Positions 28,389 to 36,798 of a stretch of DNA of 64,000 nt are shown in pieces. Positions within the stretch are counted from its first letter, which is position 1, and each line of letters starts with the position of its first letter. Under the pieces are notes generated by a model. That model was not told where the DNA came from, ran no database searches, and saw only the letters and a list, made by a program, of their open reading frames with translations. The stretch is from an uncultured Thermodesulfobacteriota bacterium (GTDB lineage: Bacteria > Desulfobacterota > B13-G15), in assembly GCA_964611295.1 (NCBI GenBank), contig CAZSWV010000002.1, forward strand, positions 8,303 to 72,302, written 5' to 3'. A program made the position numbers and the translations under genes.

Positions 28389-29456
28389 GTGAAAAAGGCT
28401 ATTATTTCTGCTCAAAAACTAAGAAACGTTATAGATTTTTTCGACAGGCTTGTGGGAAGCCTTGAGCCTCTTAGACGTGAGCTTTTGTTCTTTTGGGAGG
28501 ACGGGCTTAAGTTAGGGGCTACTGATGGTTGCCTTTTCGCCCATTTGTCTTTGCCTTGGTTTGATTTCAATCCAAAAAGGATAGCGCTGGCAGTTCCTCT
28601 TGATCCTCTCAAGGGGTTCTTAAAGGAACTTAAAGGCAGTATAGAGGTAGAGATAGGTGAGGTTTTGAGACTAAAGGCTGAGAAGAACTCCTTAGAAATC
28701 CGGGCGCGTAAAAAACCAAGAATATCTCCCTGGCCTAAAGGGGTAACGTTAGGAGAGGTTTCTTCAGCAAAACTGAGGTCGGCTTTGGATTTCCCCAGCG
28801 TACATCTGACAGATGCCGATACGGTAAGACTTGTAGCATCGGGAGGGATTCTCTATGTAATGGGGCATTCTGAAGGTGTAACAGGAGTTTCCAAATGGCA
28901 ATGGGGTTTGGATATGTCTTTTCAGTTGATAATCCCTTATGCAAGTGCAAGGCACTTAGTAAAATGTCTCGAAATGGTAAAAAAGGAGACCCTCGCTGTT
29001 GAAGCTGTTGAAGGATATCCCTTCTTTAAAGCAGGGGCTTTGATGTTAGGGATAACCGGAGAGATACCGAAGGGAGACCCTCCTGAACTCCTCAATTTCC
29101 TTTTCTCAGAACACCAAGTTCCGACCTGGGTGGTACTTTCTAAGGAGATGAGGTCCCTTTTTTCACGTGCTGCAAAGGTGGAAAGGTTTGGGGCAACGCG
29201 TACTATTTTGGCCTTTTCTGAAGAAAAGATCCAAGTAATCGTCGAAACCCCATATGGGCGTTTTGTCGCCTATGAAGGAGTCCAAGGGGCCAAGGATCCT
29301 AGTAAGTGCGAAATGCCTTTGAAGGCCGAAAAGGTGTGGCGCCTTGTATCAAGGTTTACTCATGAAACTGCCTTTTGGTATAAGAGCCCAAAGGGAATGC
29401 TTCTAACTGATGGAAAGTCCAAAGCCATCTTACTTGAAGGCGTAATAAGGCAATAA
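28389..29456 (+). CDS. Hypothetical protein, probable divergent DNA sliding-clamp (DnaN-fold) paralog
   Basis: 355 aa with DnaN-like segments in order: LKLGATDG, LAVP..PLKGFLKEL, SSAKLRSAL, LIIP..SARHLVKCL, EMRSLFSRAA, LAFSEEKIQV. Confidence 0.55.
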   Translation: MKKAIISAQKLRNVIDFFDRLVGSLEPLRRELLFFWEDGLKLGATDGCLFAHLSLPWFDFNPKRIALAVPLDPLKGFLKELKGSIEVEIGEVLRLKAEKNSLEIRARKKPRISPWPKGVTLGEVSSAKLRSALDFPSVHLTDADTVRLVASGGILYVMGHSEGVTGVSKWQWGLDMSFQLIIPYASARHLVKCLEMVKKETLAVEAVEGYPFFKAGALMLGITGEIPKGDPPELLNFLFSEHQVPTWVVLSKEMRSLFSRAAKVERFGATRTILAFSEEKIQVIVETPYGRFVAYEGVQGAKDPSKCEMPLKAEKVWRLVSRFTHETAFWYKSPKGMLLTDGKSKAILLEGVIRQ

Positions 29457-29467
29457 AAGAATTGACT

Positions 29468-30499
29468 ATGTCGGACAAGCCCTTCTTAAAAGTGGCCATC
29501 CTCCAAAAACCTGAAGGAGATAACGTCCGCTGTTTGACATGTGAGCGACAATGCCTGCTACGGCCAGGACAAAGAGGTTGGTGTAAGACCCGTGTTAACA
29601 GAGGTGGTGTGCTTTTTACTACCGTTTACGGGGCTGTTTCCTCTATATCCGTTAACCCTATCGAGAAAAAACCACTGTTTCACTTTTATCCGGGTAGCTT
29701 AAGCCTCACAGTTGGTAGTTGGTCATGTAATTTTTCTTGCCCATGGTGTCAAAACTGGGAGATCAGCAAAAGGATAGGGGAAAGACAGTTCATGAGTCCT
29801 GAGGACTTTGTAAAAATGGCCATGGATTTGGGATGTGAGGGGACTTCTATAAGCTTCAACGAACCAACCCTGCTGATTGAATGGTCCATTGAGGTATTCC
29901 GTTTGGCTCGGAACAAAGGACTTTATAACACCTTTGTCAGCAACGGCTATATGACCCTTCAAGCTCTCAAACTACTGATTGAGGCAGGGCTTGATGCTAT
30001 AAACGTGGATATGAAAGGGGACAAAGAAGCCGTTAAGAACTTCTGCGGAGCAGACGTGGAAGTGGTGTGGAGAAATTGTCGTTATTTAAAAGAGCAGGGT
30101 GTACATCTCGAGTTGACAACGCTTGTAATACCTGGAGTTAATGACAGTGAAACTACCTTAAAGGAGATAGCTACTCGCATAGCTTATGAACTAGGGGCAG
30201 AAACGCCTTGGCATCTCACCGCCTATTATCCAGCTTATCTTTTCAATGCTCCTTCTACCCCTGTTGAAGTATTGGAAAGGGCTTATACAATAGGTAAAGA
30301 AGTAGGCCTTAAGTTCGTTTATATTGGGAACGTACCTGGTCATCCTCTAGAAAACACCTACTGTCCTAATTGTGGACAGATCCTTATAGAACGATATGGA
30401 GTAAGGACGACCAGGTGTTATATTTCAAAACCCATATGTCCAAATTGTGGACAAAGCTTGCCCATAGTCGGCTTAGTGGGAAAAGTCCGAAGGGGTTGA
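29468..30499 (+). CDS. amrS: AmmeMemoRadiSam system radical SAM enzyme
   Basis: CLTCERQC..C, NPIEKKPLFHFYPG, CNFSCPWCQNWEIS, NEP, YIGNVPG...TYCPNCG. Confidence 0.9.
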   Translation: MSDKPFLKVAILQKPEGDNVRCLTCERQCLLRPGQRGWCKTRVNRGGVLFTTVYGAVSSISVNPIEKKPLFHFYPGSLSLTVGSWSCNFSCPWCQNWEISKRIGERQFMSPEDFVKMAMDLGCEGTSISFNEPTLLIEWSIEVFRLARNKGLYNTFVSNGYMTLQALKLLIEAGLDAINVDMKGDKEAVKNFCGADVEVVWRNCRYLKEQGVHLELTTLVIPGVNDSETTLKEIATRIAYELGAETPWHLTAYYPAYLFNAPSTPVEVLERAYTIGKEVGLKFVYIGNVPGHPLENTYCPNCGQILIERYGVRTTRCYISKPICPNCGQSLPIVGLVGKVRRG

Positions 30500-30524
30500 C
30501 CGTTTTACACCTATGTGTTAAAGA

Positions 30525-30692
30525 CTTGAGTAAGCGGGTGCCCATTGTGGGCTTAAAAGGGAAGTGGGGTGAAAATCCCCCGCGGTCCCGCCGCCGTGAC
30601 CGGGGACGAAACCCGCAGTAGGCCACTGGGGCCTTTGGCCCTGGGAAGGTGCGGGGAGTAGGAAGATCCGGGAGCCGGAAGACCTGCCCGCT
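30525..30692 (+). promoter_or_regulatory. Cobalamin riboswitch (aptamer)
   Basis: AAAAGGGAAG..GGTGAAAATCC, CCCGCCGCCGTGA, GCCACTG..GGGAAGG, AGCCGGAAGACCTGCC; upstream of btuB. Confidence 0.92.
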
Positions 30693-30751
30693 AGATAGCC
30701 CGTTCCTCCTCGAGGGTTAGGGGGTAGGGCAGGGGCGAAGGAAACGGGTGC

Positions 30752-30790
30752 AGCCCCTGAGACTATTTGGGTCTCAGGGGTTTTTCGTTT
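30752..30790 (+). terminator. Intrinsic terminator in the riboswitch expression platform
   Basis: CCCCTGAGAC-TATTTGG-GTCTCAGGGG-TTTTTCGTTT. Confidence 0.85.
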
Positions 30791-30837
30791 TATTGGCGGG
30801 GCCCAGGGGGTGAGACTTTGAGGGAGGAGGTAGTATC

Positions 30838-32652
30838 ATGAAGCGGTTTTGGTTTTTGTTGTTGGCGTTATTGTGGGCCTTGCCGGTTATGGCGCAGGAA
30901 GAAACTGAGGTAGAAGAAATAGTCGTCACAGCTATAAGGGTACCAATTCCAAGGGCAGAAGTTGGGTCTTCAGTGGTAGTGATAACTGAAGAGGAGATGA
31001 AGCAAAGAGGTTATACCCTGTTGAAGGACCTATTGAAGGCGGAGACTGGTGTAGATGTGGTGTCTACAGGTGGTCCTGGGTCGCAAACCTCAGTTTTCAT
31101 CAGGGGTATGGAGTCTTATCACACCTTGATATTGATAGACGGTATGAAAGTTGGAGATCCAAGCCTTATGCAGAGGCAATTCGACTTAGCCAACCTTACC
31201 TTAGACAATGTAGAACGGATAGAGGTAATAAAAGGTCCTCAAAGCGTACTTTACGGTTCTGATGCGATGGGAGGAGTTATAAATATCATAACGAAAAAAG
31301 GGAAAGGGAAGGCCCATTTTATGGCTTCAATGGAAGGTGGCTCGTATGACACCTTTAGGCAGTCTATCGGTGGTTCAGGCCAAGTAGGCCATTTGAGCTT
31401 TTCCCTGGGCACTTCACATACAAAGACACAGGGTTTTTCAGCATACCGTGAAGGAAGAGAAAAAGACGGTTGGGAAAATTATAGCTTTTCGACGCGTATA
31501 GAGCTTACAGATTGCCAGAAAATTTCAGGTGGCGTGCTTTTGCGTCTACATAAAGGGGTAACAGAGTTAGATGCTGGTTATGACCTAAAGGGATATAGAG
31601 TAGACAAGGACGAAGTATTTTTCTCCTCTTTTTTAGATTTCAAGCCTTTTGAAAAATGGAAGCAAAGGTTGACTTTTGGGATAAGCGATTACAGGAGGGA
31701 GTATGTAGACGCCCCCTGGGGTGACTCGAGGTACTCTGGAAGAAGGTATGAAGTAAGCTGGCAAAACGAAGTCAAACCCCTTCCTTTTTATTCCTTGCTG
31801 TTTGGAGCTGATTACGGACGCGAAGAGATGGATCAAATGGAACCATGGTCAGAACTTAGTGGATCTACTTATACTCTTAGCTTATTTTTACAAAACCAAC
31901 TTAAGTTGAAAGGTTCTATTACTACCTTAGGTTTAAGGTTTGACGACCATAAGGAGTTCGGTCAAAGGTTCACCTATAGGATCACAGAGGCCTTTTCTTT
32001 TGACAAAACCCAAACGAAAATAAAAGGAAGCCTCGGTACAGGCTTTCGAGCTCCGAGCTTATATGAGCTCTATTCGGAATACGGTAGCCCTGACCTTAAA
32101 CCAGAAAAGTCCATAGGGTGGGACTTTGGTATAGAACAGTCCCTTTGGAAAGGGAAGCTCTTTTTGGATTTAGTTTATTTCGAAAATAGGGTGAAGGACC
32201 TCATCGAGTTTTGGTATCCAGGTGATCTTTGGTGGTTAGGGAAGTATGTGAACATAGCAAAGGCCTTTATGAGAGGGGTTGAGGCTTCTGTAGAGCTTAG
32301 GCCTTTTGATGGGATATGGTGTAGGTTGGCTTATACTTATACACATACCGAAGACGAAAAAGGCCAGAGGCTTCCTAGGCGCCCGTATAACAAGGTGAAG
32401 ATGGCCTTCGGTAGGTCTTTCGGAGATAGGGCAAATGTCTTTTCAGAGGTGATATGGGTCGATGACAGACTCGATAGTGGAGAAAAGCTTTCTGATTACC
32501 TTTTGGCTAACGTTTCTGGTAGCTTTAAGCTTAAAAAAGGAGTGGAGTTGTTTTTAAGGGGAGAAAACCTCTTTAACAGACGTTATGAAGAAGCCAAAGG
32601 TTATGGTACAGCTGGTCGATCTTTCTATGGAGGAATAAGGATTGAGTTTTGA
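30838..32652 (+). CDS. btuB: TonB-dependent cobalamin receptor
   Basis: Signal peptide, EIVVTA TonB box, RIEVIKGPQSVLYGSDAMGGVINIIT, C-terminal Phe; under a B12 riboswitch. Confidence 0.9.
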   Translation: MKRFWFLLLALLWALPVMAQEETEVEEIVVTAIRVPIPRAEVGSSVVVITEEEMKQRGYTLLKDLLKAETGVDVVSTGGPGSQTSVFIRGMESYHTLILIDGMKVGDPSLMQRQFDLANLTLDNVERIEVIKGPQSVLYGSDAMGGVINIITKKGKGKAHFMASMEGGSYDTFRQSIGGSGQVGHLSFSLGTSHTKTQGFSAYREGREKDGWENYSFSTRIELTDCQKISGGVLLRLHKGVTELDAGYDLKGYRVDKDEVFFSSFLDFKPFEKWKQRLTFGISDYRREYVDAPWGDSRYSGRRYEVSWQNEVKPLPFYSLLFGADYGREEMDQMEPWSELSGSTYTLSLFLQNQLKLKGSITTLGLRFDDHKEFGQRFTYRITEAFSFDKTQTKIKGSLGTGFRAPSLYELYSEYGSPDLKPEKSIGWDFGIEQSLWKGKLFLDLVYFENRVKDLIEFWYPGDLWWLGKYVNIAKAFMRGVEASVELRPFDGIWCRLAYTYTHTEDEKGQRLPRRPYNKVKMAFGRSFGDRANVFSEVIWVDDRLDSGEKLSDYLLANVSGSFKLKKGVELFLRGENLFNRRYEEAKGYGTAGRSFYGGIRIEF

Positions 32653-33571
32653 TGAGGAAAGAGCCATAGACGAATTGCTTTCCATGTTGAGGGGAGCCCT
32701 TAGGGTCTTAAGGCCTCAAGGGCTCCTCCTTTCGGGTGGGATTGATTCGGGACTTCTTATGTGCCTTTGTCCTGATCTTGTGGCATTAAGCGTGTCCCTT
32801 GAAGATCAGGGAGCCGATCTCCACTACGTGGACATAATAAAGCGTTACCTTGGGGTTCGGATCGAGGTGATAAAGATCAGTATAAATGAGGCCCTTGCTG
32901 CTATTCCTAAAGTCATTGAAATCCTCTCTTCCTTTGATCCAGCCTTGCCTAACGACTTGGCAGTTTACTTCGGCCTTAGGGCTTTCCTTCAACTGAAGGT
33001 GGAAAAGGTCGCAACTGGCGATGGGGCTGACGAACTTTTCGGTGGGTATGAATACATGCAGAATTTAAAGGATCTACGCTCTTATCAGCTTTCGTTGATT
33101 CCGTACCTTTCCTTTTCTTCGGCCAAATTAGGGAAAGCCCTTGGAATTGAAGTCCTTCAACCCTTCCTTTCAGCCCAAATGGTGAGGTTTGCTTTGGAGA
33201 TCCCCAATCATTGGAAGATAAGGCAAGAAAAGGGGAAAAACTTTGGGAAATGGCTTTTACGGAAGGCCCTTTCGCGCTTTTTACCAGAAGATTACGTCTG
33301 GCAGGAAAAAAGGCCGCTAGAAATTGGGACGGGGATGGTGTACTTAAGAAAACTTATCTCCCAATGGATTACAGACGAGGAATTTGAAAGGAAGAAAAGA
33401 CTTTACGGCATGACCTTTTACTGTAAGGAACACCTATACTTTTTTGAAATTTTTAAAGAAGTAATAGGGGAAATACCTCCTCCCAAAGAAGGGGAAATCC
33501 CTTGTCCCAATTGTGGGGCAGGGAAGCAACCAGGGAGTAAACATTGTAAGGTCTGTGGGGTCTTATCATGA
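32642..33571 (+). CDS. Asparagine synthetase C-terminal (ATP-PPase) domain-only protein with C-terminal Zn ribbon
   Basis: LLSGGIDS, TGDGADELFGGY, GKWLLRKA, C-terminal CPNCG...HCKVCG; no glutaminase domain. Confidence 0.82.
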   Translation: MSFDEERAIDELLSMLRGALRVLRPQGLLLSGGIDSGLLMCLCPDLVALSVSLEDQGADLHYVDIIKRYLGVRIEVIKISINEALAAIPKVIEILSSFDPALPNDLAVYFGLRAFLQLKVEKVATGDGADELFGGYEYMQNLKDLRSYQLSLIPYLSFSSAKLGKALGIEVLQPFLSAQMVRFALEIPNHWKIRQEKGKNFGKWLLRKALSRFLPEDYVWQEKRPLEIGTGMVYLRKLISQWITDEEFERKKRLYGMTFYCKEHLYFFEIFKEVIGEIPPPKEGEIPCPNCGAGKQPGSKHCKVCGVLS

Positions 33572-34248
33572 GGGCTTTTGTCTCTTTCAGCGGGGGAAAG
33601 GAAAGCGTCTTTGCCTTTTTCCACGCCCTTAGGCAAGGGATAAAGGTAGAAGTGCTTTTCACCATGCTGAATTCTAAAGGAAAAAAGACAAGGGGACATG
33701 GGTTACACAAGGATTTGATAATGGCCCAAGCCCAGGCCTTGAGGGTTCCTGTTGTATTTGCCAACGCTTCTTGGAGGCGTTACGAAGAAACTTTCAAAAG
33801 GGTTCTAAGGAGGTTTAGAGCCAATGGCATAGAGGCAGGGGTATTTGGAGATCTATATTTGGAAGAACACCGAGAGTGGGTGGAAAGGGTGTGTAACGAA
33901 GTGGGCCTTAAACCAATACTACCCCTCTGGGGACAAGACCCTGATGGGCTTTTACAAGAATTCCTTTCGCATGGCTTCAAGGCAGTCCTTGTGGCAATAA
34001 AAGACCAACGGATCCCAGTAGAACTGTTGGGGAAATTCCTCGAAGAAGAAGTTATTAAGAGCTTAAAGGAAATTGGCGTTGACCCCTGTGGCGAAAGAGG
34101 AGAATATCACACCTTGGTTGTGGATGGTCCTTTGTTCTCTAGAAGCCTTTCCATAGAAGCTTTTAAAAAAAGGAAGGGCAAAAAAGGGATCTTCCTTGAA
34201 ATACTTAAATTTACATTATTGGACAAAGATACTAGCGTTTCTCTTTAG
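33568..34248 (+). CDS. DUF71/COG2102 (diphthine-ammonia-ligase-like) ATP-binding protein
   Basis: SFSGGKES, GVFGDL, PLWG, DPCGERGEYHTLVVDGPLF. Confidence 0.88.
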   Translation: MRAFVSFSGGKESVFAFFHALRQGIKVEVLFTMLNSKGKKTRGHGLHKDLIMAQAQALRVPVVFANASWRRYEETFKRVLRRFRANGIEAGVFGDLYLEEHREWVERVCNEVGLKPILPLWGQDPDGLLQEFLSHGFKAVLVAIKDQRIPVELLGKFLEEEVIKSLKEIGVDPCGERGEYHTLVVDGPLFSRSLSIEAFKKRKGKKGIFLEILKFTLLDKDTSVSL

Positions 34249-35068
34249 CGTAACCGCTATATCTTTAAGTCAAGCCATTATCATTAAAGACGATCAGGGT
34301 AGAATTGTGACTTTCGAAAACCCTCCACAGAAGGTTATTTCCCTTGCACCATCTTTTACAAAGGCCCTTTTCCTCTTAGGGGTTGGGGATAGGATTGTAG
34401 GAGTTACCATGTATTGTAAAGACTACGTAAAGGTCCAATCCCTACCAAAAGTGGGGACTGTAATGAGTTTTGACATAGAAAAAGTCCTGAGCTTGAAGCC
34501 CGATCTCATAGTGGCAACACCTTTGGCCAATAGAGTACAACTTGATAAACTAGAGGCCCTCGGTATAAAGGTTTTGGTATTTAAAAGCCCAGATAGTTTC
34601 CGTGAACTCTGTGAGCAGTTTGTCAAGTTGGGAACTCTTTTCTCCCTTGACCAAAAAGCCCTTTACATCGTAAAGCTTGCCCAAAGGGAACTCGAGGCCA
34701 TAAAAAAGGGAGCAAAAAGGTCCCCTAGGGTCTTTGTACAGCTCGGAACTGACCCTATATGGGCAGCAGGGAAAGATAGCTTCATCGGGGAAGCAGTAAG
34801 CCTTGCAGGGGGTCTTGTACCTATACCAGGGAGAGGAGGGCCTGTGGAAAGGGAAGAAGTCCTTAAGATCAACCCCGACGTTATCTTAATAGTGAACATG
34901 GGCATTGTTGGGGAAAGGGAAAGAAGGAGATGGAAGGCTTTCACATCCTTAAAGGCCGTAAGGGAGAACAGGATATTTTTAATTGACCCGGATTTGTACT
35001 GTAGCCCTACACCTTTGAGCTTTGTCCAAGGTGTCAAGGAGCTTTACAGGTTGTTACAGAGTCCATAA
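34196..35068 (+). CDS. Cobalamin ABC transporter periplasmic binding protein (BtuF-like)
   Basis: DDQGR.V....PPQKVISLAPS.T, VGVT.YC, EKVLSLKPDL, KAVRENRI; in the riboswitch operon. Confidence 0.82.
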   Translation: MKYLNLHYWTKILAFLFSVTAISLSQAIIIKDDQGRIVTFENPPQKVISLAPSFTKALFLLGVGDRIVGVTMYCKDYVKVQSLPKVGTVMSFDIEKVLSLKPDLIVATPLANRVQLDKLEALGIKVLVFKSPDSFRELCEQFVKLGTLFSLDQKALYIVKLAQRELEAIKKGAKRSPRVFVQLGTDPIWAAGKDSFIGEAVSLAGGLVPIPGRGGPVEREEVLKINPDVILIVNMGIVGERERRRWKAFTSLKAVRENRIFLIDPDLYCSPTPLSFVQGVKELYRLLQSP

Positions 35069-35087
35069 AGAGATATAATGTTTAACA

Positions 35088-35297
35088 ATGGATAAGTGTT
35101 TGTTATGTGGTAAACCTTTAAAAGAAGGGGAGGATTTGATTTGTAACGCTTGTGCTGAACAAGTCCGCGCTGAAGCTTTGGGCAGGAAAGAGGAAATAAG
35201 GAAGGAATCTGAGAAAACTCTACCTGAAAGATCTTCTCCTTCAAAATCAACTTTTAAAAGCATAAAAGAATACTTGGAGCACCTAAAGAAGACCTAA
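35088..35297 (+). CDS. Small Zn-ribbon-like hypothetical protein
   Basis: CLLCG...ICNAC, 69 aa, fills the gap between btuF and the GNAT. Confidence 0.55.
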   Translation: MDKCLLCGKPLKEGEDLICNACAEQVRAEALGRKEEIRKESEKTLPERSSPSKSTFKSIKEYLEHLKKT

Positions 35298-35752
35298 CTG
35301 AGATCGTATTCTAGGTTTATAAGGTCACCCCTTTTGAAACCCATTTTCTTGAAGAAGGAAAGGAGATCCCATTCATCCCAGTTGACTAACGTATAGACCT
35401 TCTTAACCCCACGATTGGCGAATTCTTCAAGTAATTTCTTAAAAAGTAAACTGCCGATTCCCCTCCTTTGCCATTCTGGATCTACTCCGATGGTATCGAT
35501 CCACCCAAAAGAACTGGGTACACCGAATTCCCAACCGCTTAAAGTCCCAACGATGAAGCCCACGACCTTACCGTTAAGTTCAGCTACCAAGCTGATAACA
35601 GGGCTTTCGCTACTTTCAAACAATTTTCTACGATAATAAGAAGGCCTTCTTTCGCCTAAGACCTTATAGTCGATCTCTACTATGGATTCTATATCTTCTT
35701 CTTTTAAGTGCCTGATTATGAGGTGCTTTTCAATTTCCCCTGTAGCTTTCAT
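35294..35752 (-). CDS. GNAT family N-acetyltransferase
   Basis: IGVDPEWQRRGIGSLL (acetyl-CoA motif A), FFKKMGF. Confidence 0.9.
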   Translation of the reverse strand: MKATGEIEKHLIIRHLKEEDIESIVEIDYKVLGERRPSYYRRKLFESSESPVISLVAELNGKVVGFIVGTLSGWEFGVPSSFGWIDTIGVDPEWQRRGIGSLLFKKLLEEFANRGVKKVYTLVNWDEWDLLSFFKKMGFKRGDLINLEYDLS

Positions 35753-36033
35753 TTCTCAATGGGGACCTCAACAGGTGGTTTTTCCATTATGGTACTTGTC
35801 CTAGGTTTTGAGCTTATAGTAGTGAAAAGCAAAGACGTCAGCATGAATATCGTAGCTAACACTACAGTCGCTTTTGTCAATAAACCTGTTGGTCCTGCGG
35901 GGCCAAAAAGGGTAGTTGAAGCGCCTCCTCCAAAAACAGCACCGATTTCTGCTCCTTTCCCAGTTTGGATCAAAACCACAGCTATAAGCAGTATACAGAC
36001 AAATATATGGATAGCTATTAAGACACCGCTCAT
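35749..36033 (-). CDS. secG: Preprotein translocase subunit SecG
   Basis: VLIQTGKGAEIGAVFGGG, LTKAT; follows tpiA. Confidence 0.93.
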   Translation of the reverse strand: MSGVLIAIHIFVCILLIAVVLIQTGKGAEIGAVFGGGASTTLFGPAGPTGLLTKATVVLATIFMLTSLLFTTISSKPRTSTIMEKPPVEVPIEK

Positions 36034-36791
36034 TTTCTCCTCCCTGCCATCACTATGGTGACAAAAGAGGAAACCCTTAAACTAGCCCCCCCTACCAACA
36101 CTCCATCAACTCCGGGTGTCTTTATGAGCTCATTTATGTTATCTGGTGTCACGCTCCCTCCATATAATATCCTAACAAAGCCCTTTGTTTCCCCCTTTTT
36201 TTCTCTTAGGAGAGATTTTACGTAATGATGAACCTCTTTTATTTGCTCAGGGGTAGCGTTCTTACCTGTACCGATAGCCCATACAGGTTCGTATGCGATT
36301 GTGATTTTTGGAAAATCTTCATGTGTAATCCCTTCCAATCCTATTGTCAACTGCCTTTCCAAAACTTTAAACGTTTCCCCCTTTTCCCTTTCTTCAAGGG
36401 TTTCACCGATACAAAGGATGGGTTTCAGTCCTTCTGAGATTGCCGCTTTCAGTTTCTTGTTTACATCTTCATCGGTTTCTTTGAAATACCGCCTCCTTTC
36501 TGAATGACCTATTATCACATATTCACAACCAGCGTCTTTTAACATCAAAGGAGATATCTCCCCAGTATAAGCTCCTTCCTTTTCCCAAAAGACATCCTGA
36601 GCGCATAATTTGATATCGCTTCCTTTGATTACTTCCCATACCGGCAGGAGGGAAACGAAAGGAGGAGCTACCGCTATTTCGACCTCTTTGATCCCGTTGA
36701 GTTCCTTTACGAGCTCCAGGGCGAAGTCCCTGGCTTCAGAAGGGGTCTTGTACATCTTCCAATTTCCTACGACAAAAGTCCTCTGCACCAC
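36030..36791 (-). CDS. tpiA: Triosephosphate isomerase
   Basis: GNWKM, GHSERR, AYEPVWAIGTG, YGGSV, LVGGASL. Confidence 0.98.
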   Translation of the reverse strand: MVQRTFVVGNWKMYKTPSEARDFALELVKELNGIKEVEIAVAPPFVSLLPVWEVIKGSDIKLCAQDVFWEKEGAYTGEISPLMLKDAGCEYVIIGHSERRRYFKETDEDVNKKLKAAISEGLKPILCIGETLEEREKGETFKVLERQLTIGLEGITHEDFPKITIAYEPVWAIGTGKNATPEQIKEVHHYVKSLLREKKGETKGFVRILYGGSVTPDNINELIKTPGVDGVLVGGASLRVSSFVTIVMAGRRK

Positions 36792-36798
36792 CTTCCTC

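Noticed and set aside
26960-30500. Intact integrative element at the tmRNA 3' end
   Set aside because: No integrase gene and no duplicated tmRNA 3' end (attR) were found downstream by eye
30370-30626. ORFs 30370-30621 (+) and 30384-30626 (-)
   Set aside because: They overlap the amrS 3' end and the cobalamin riboswitch and have no protein-like features
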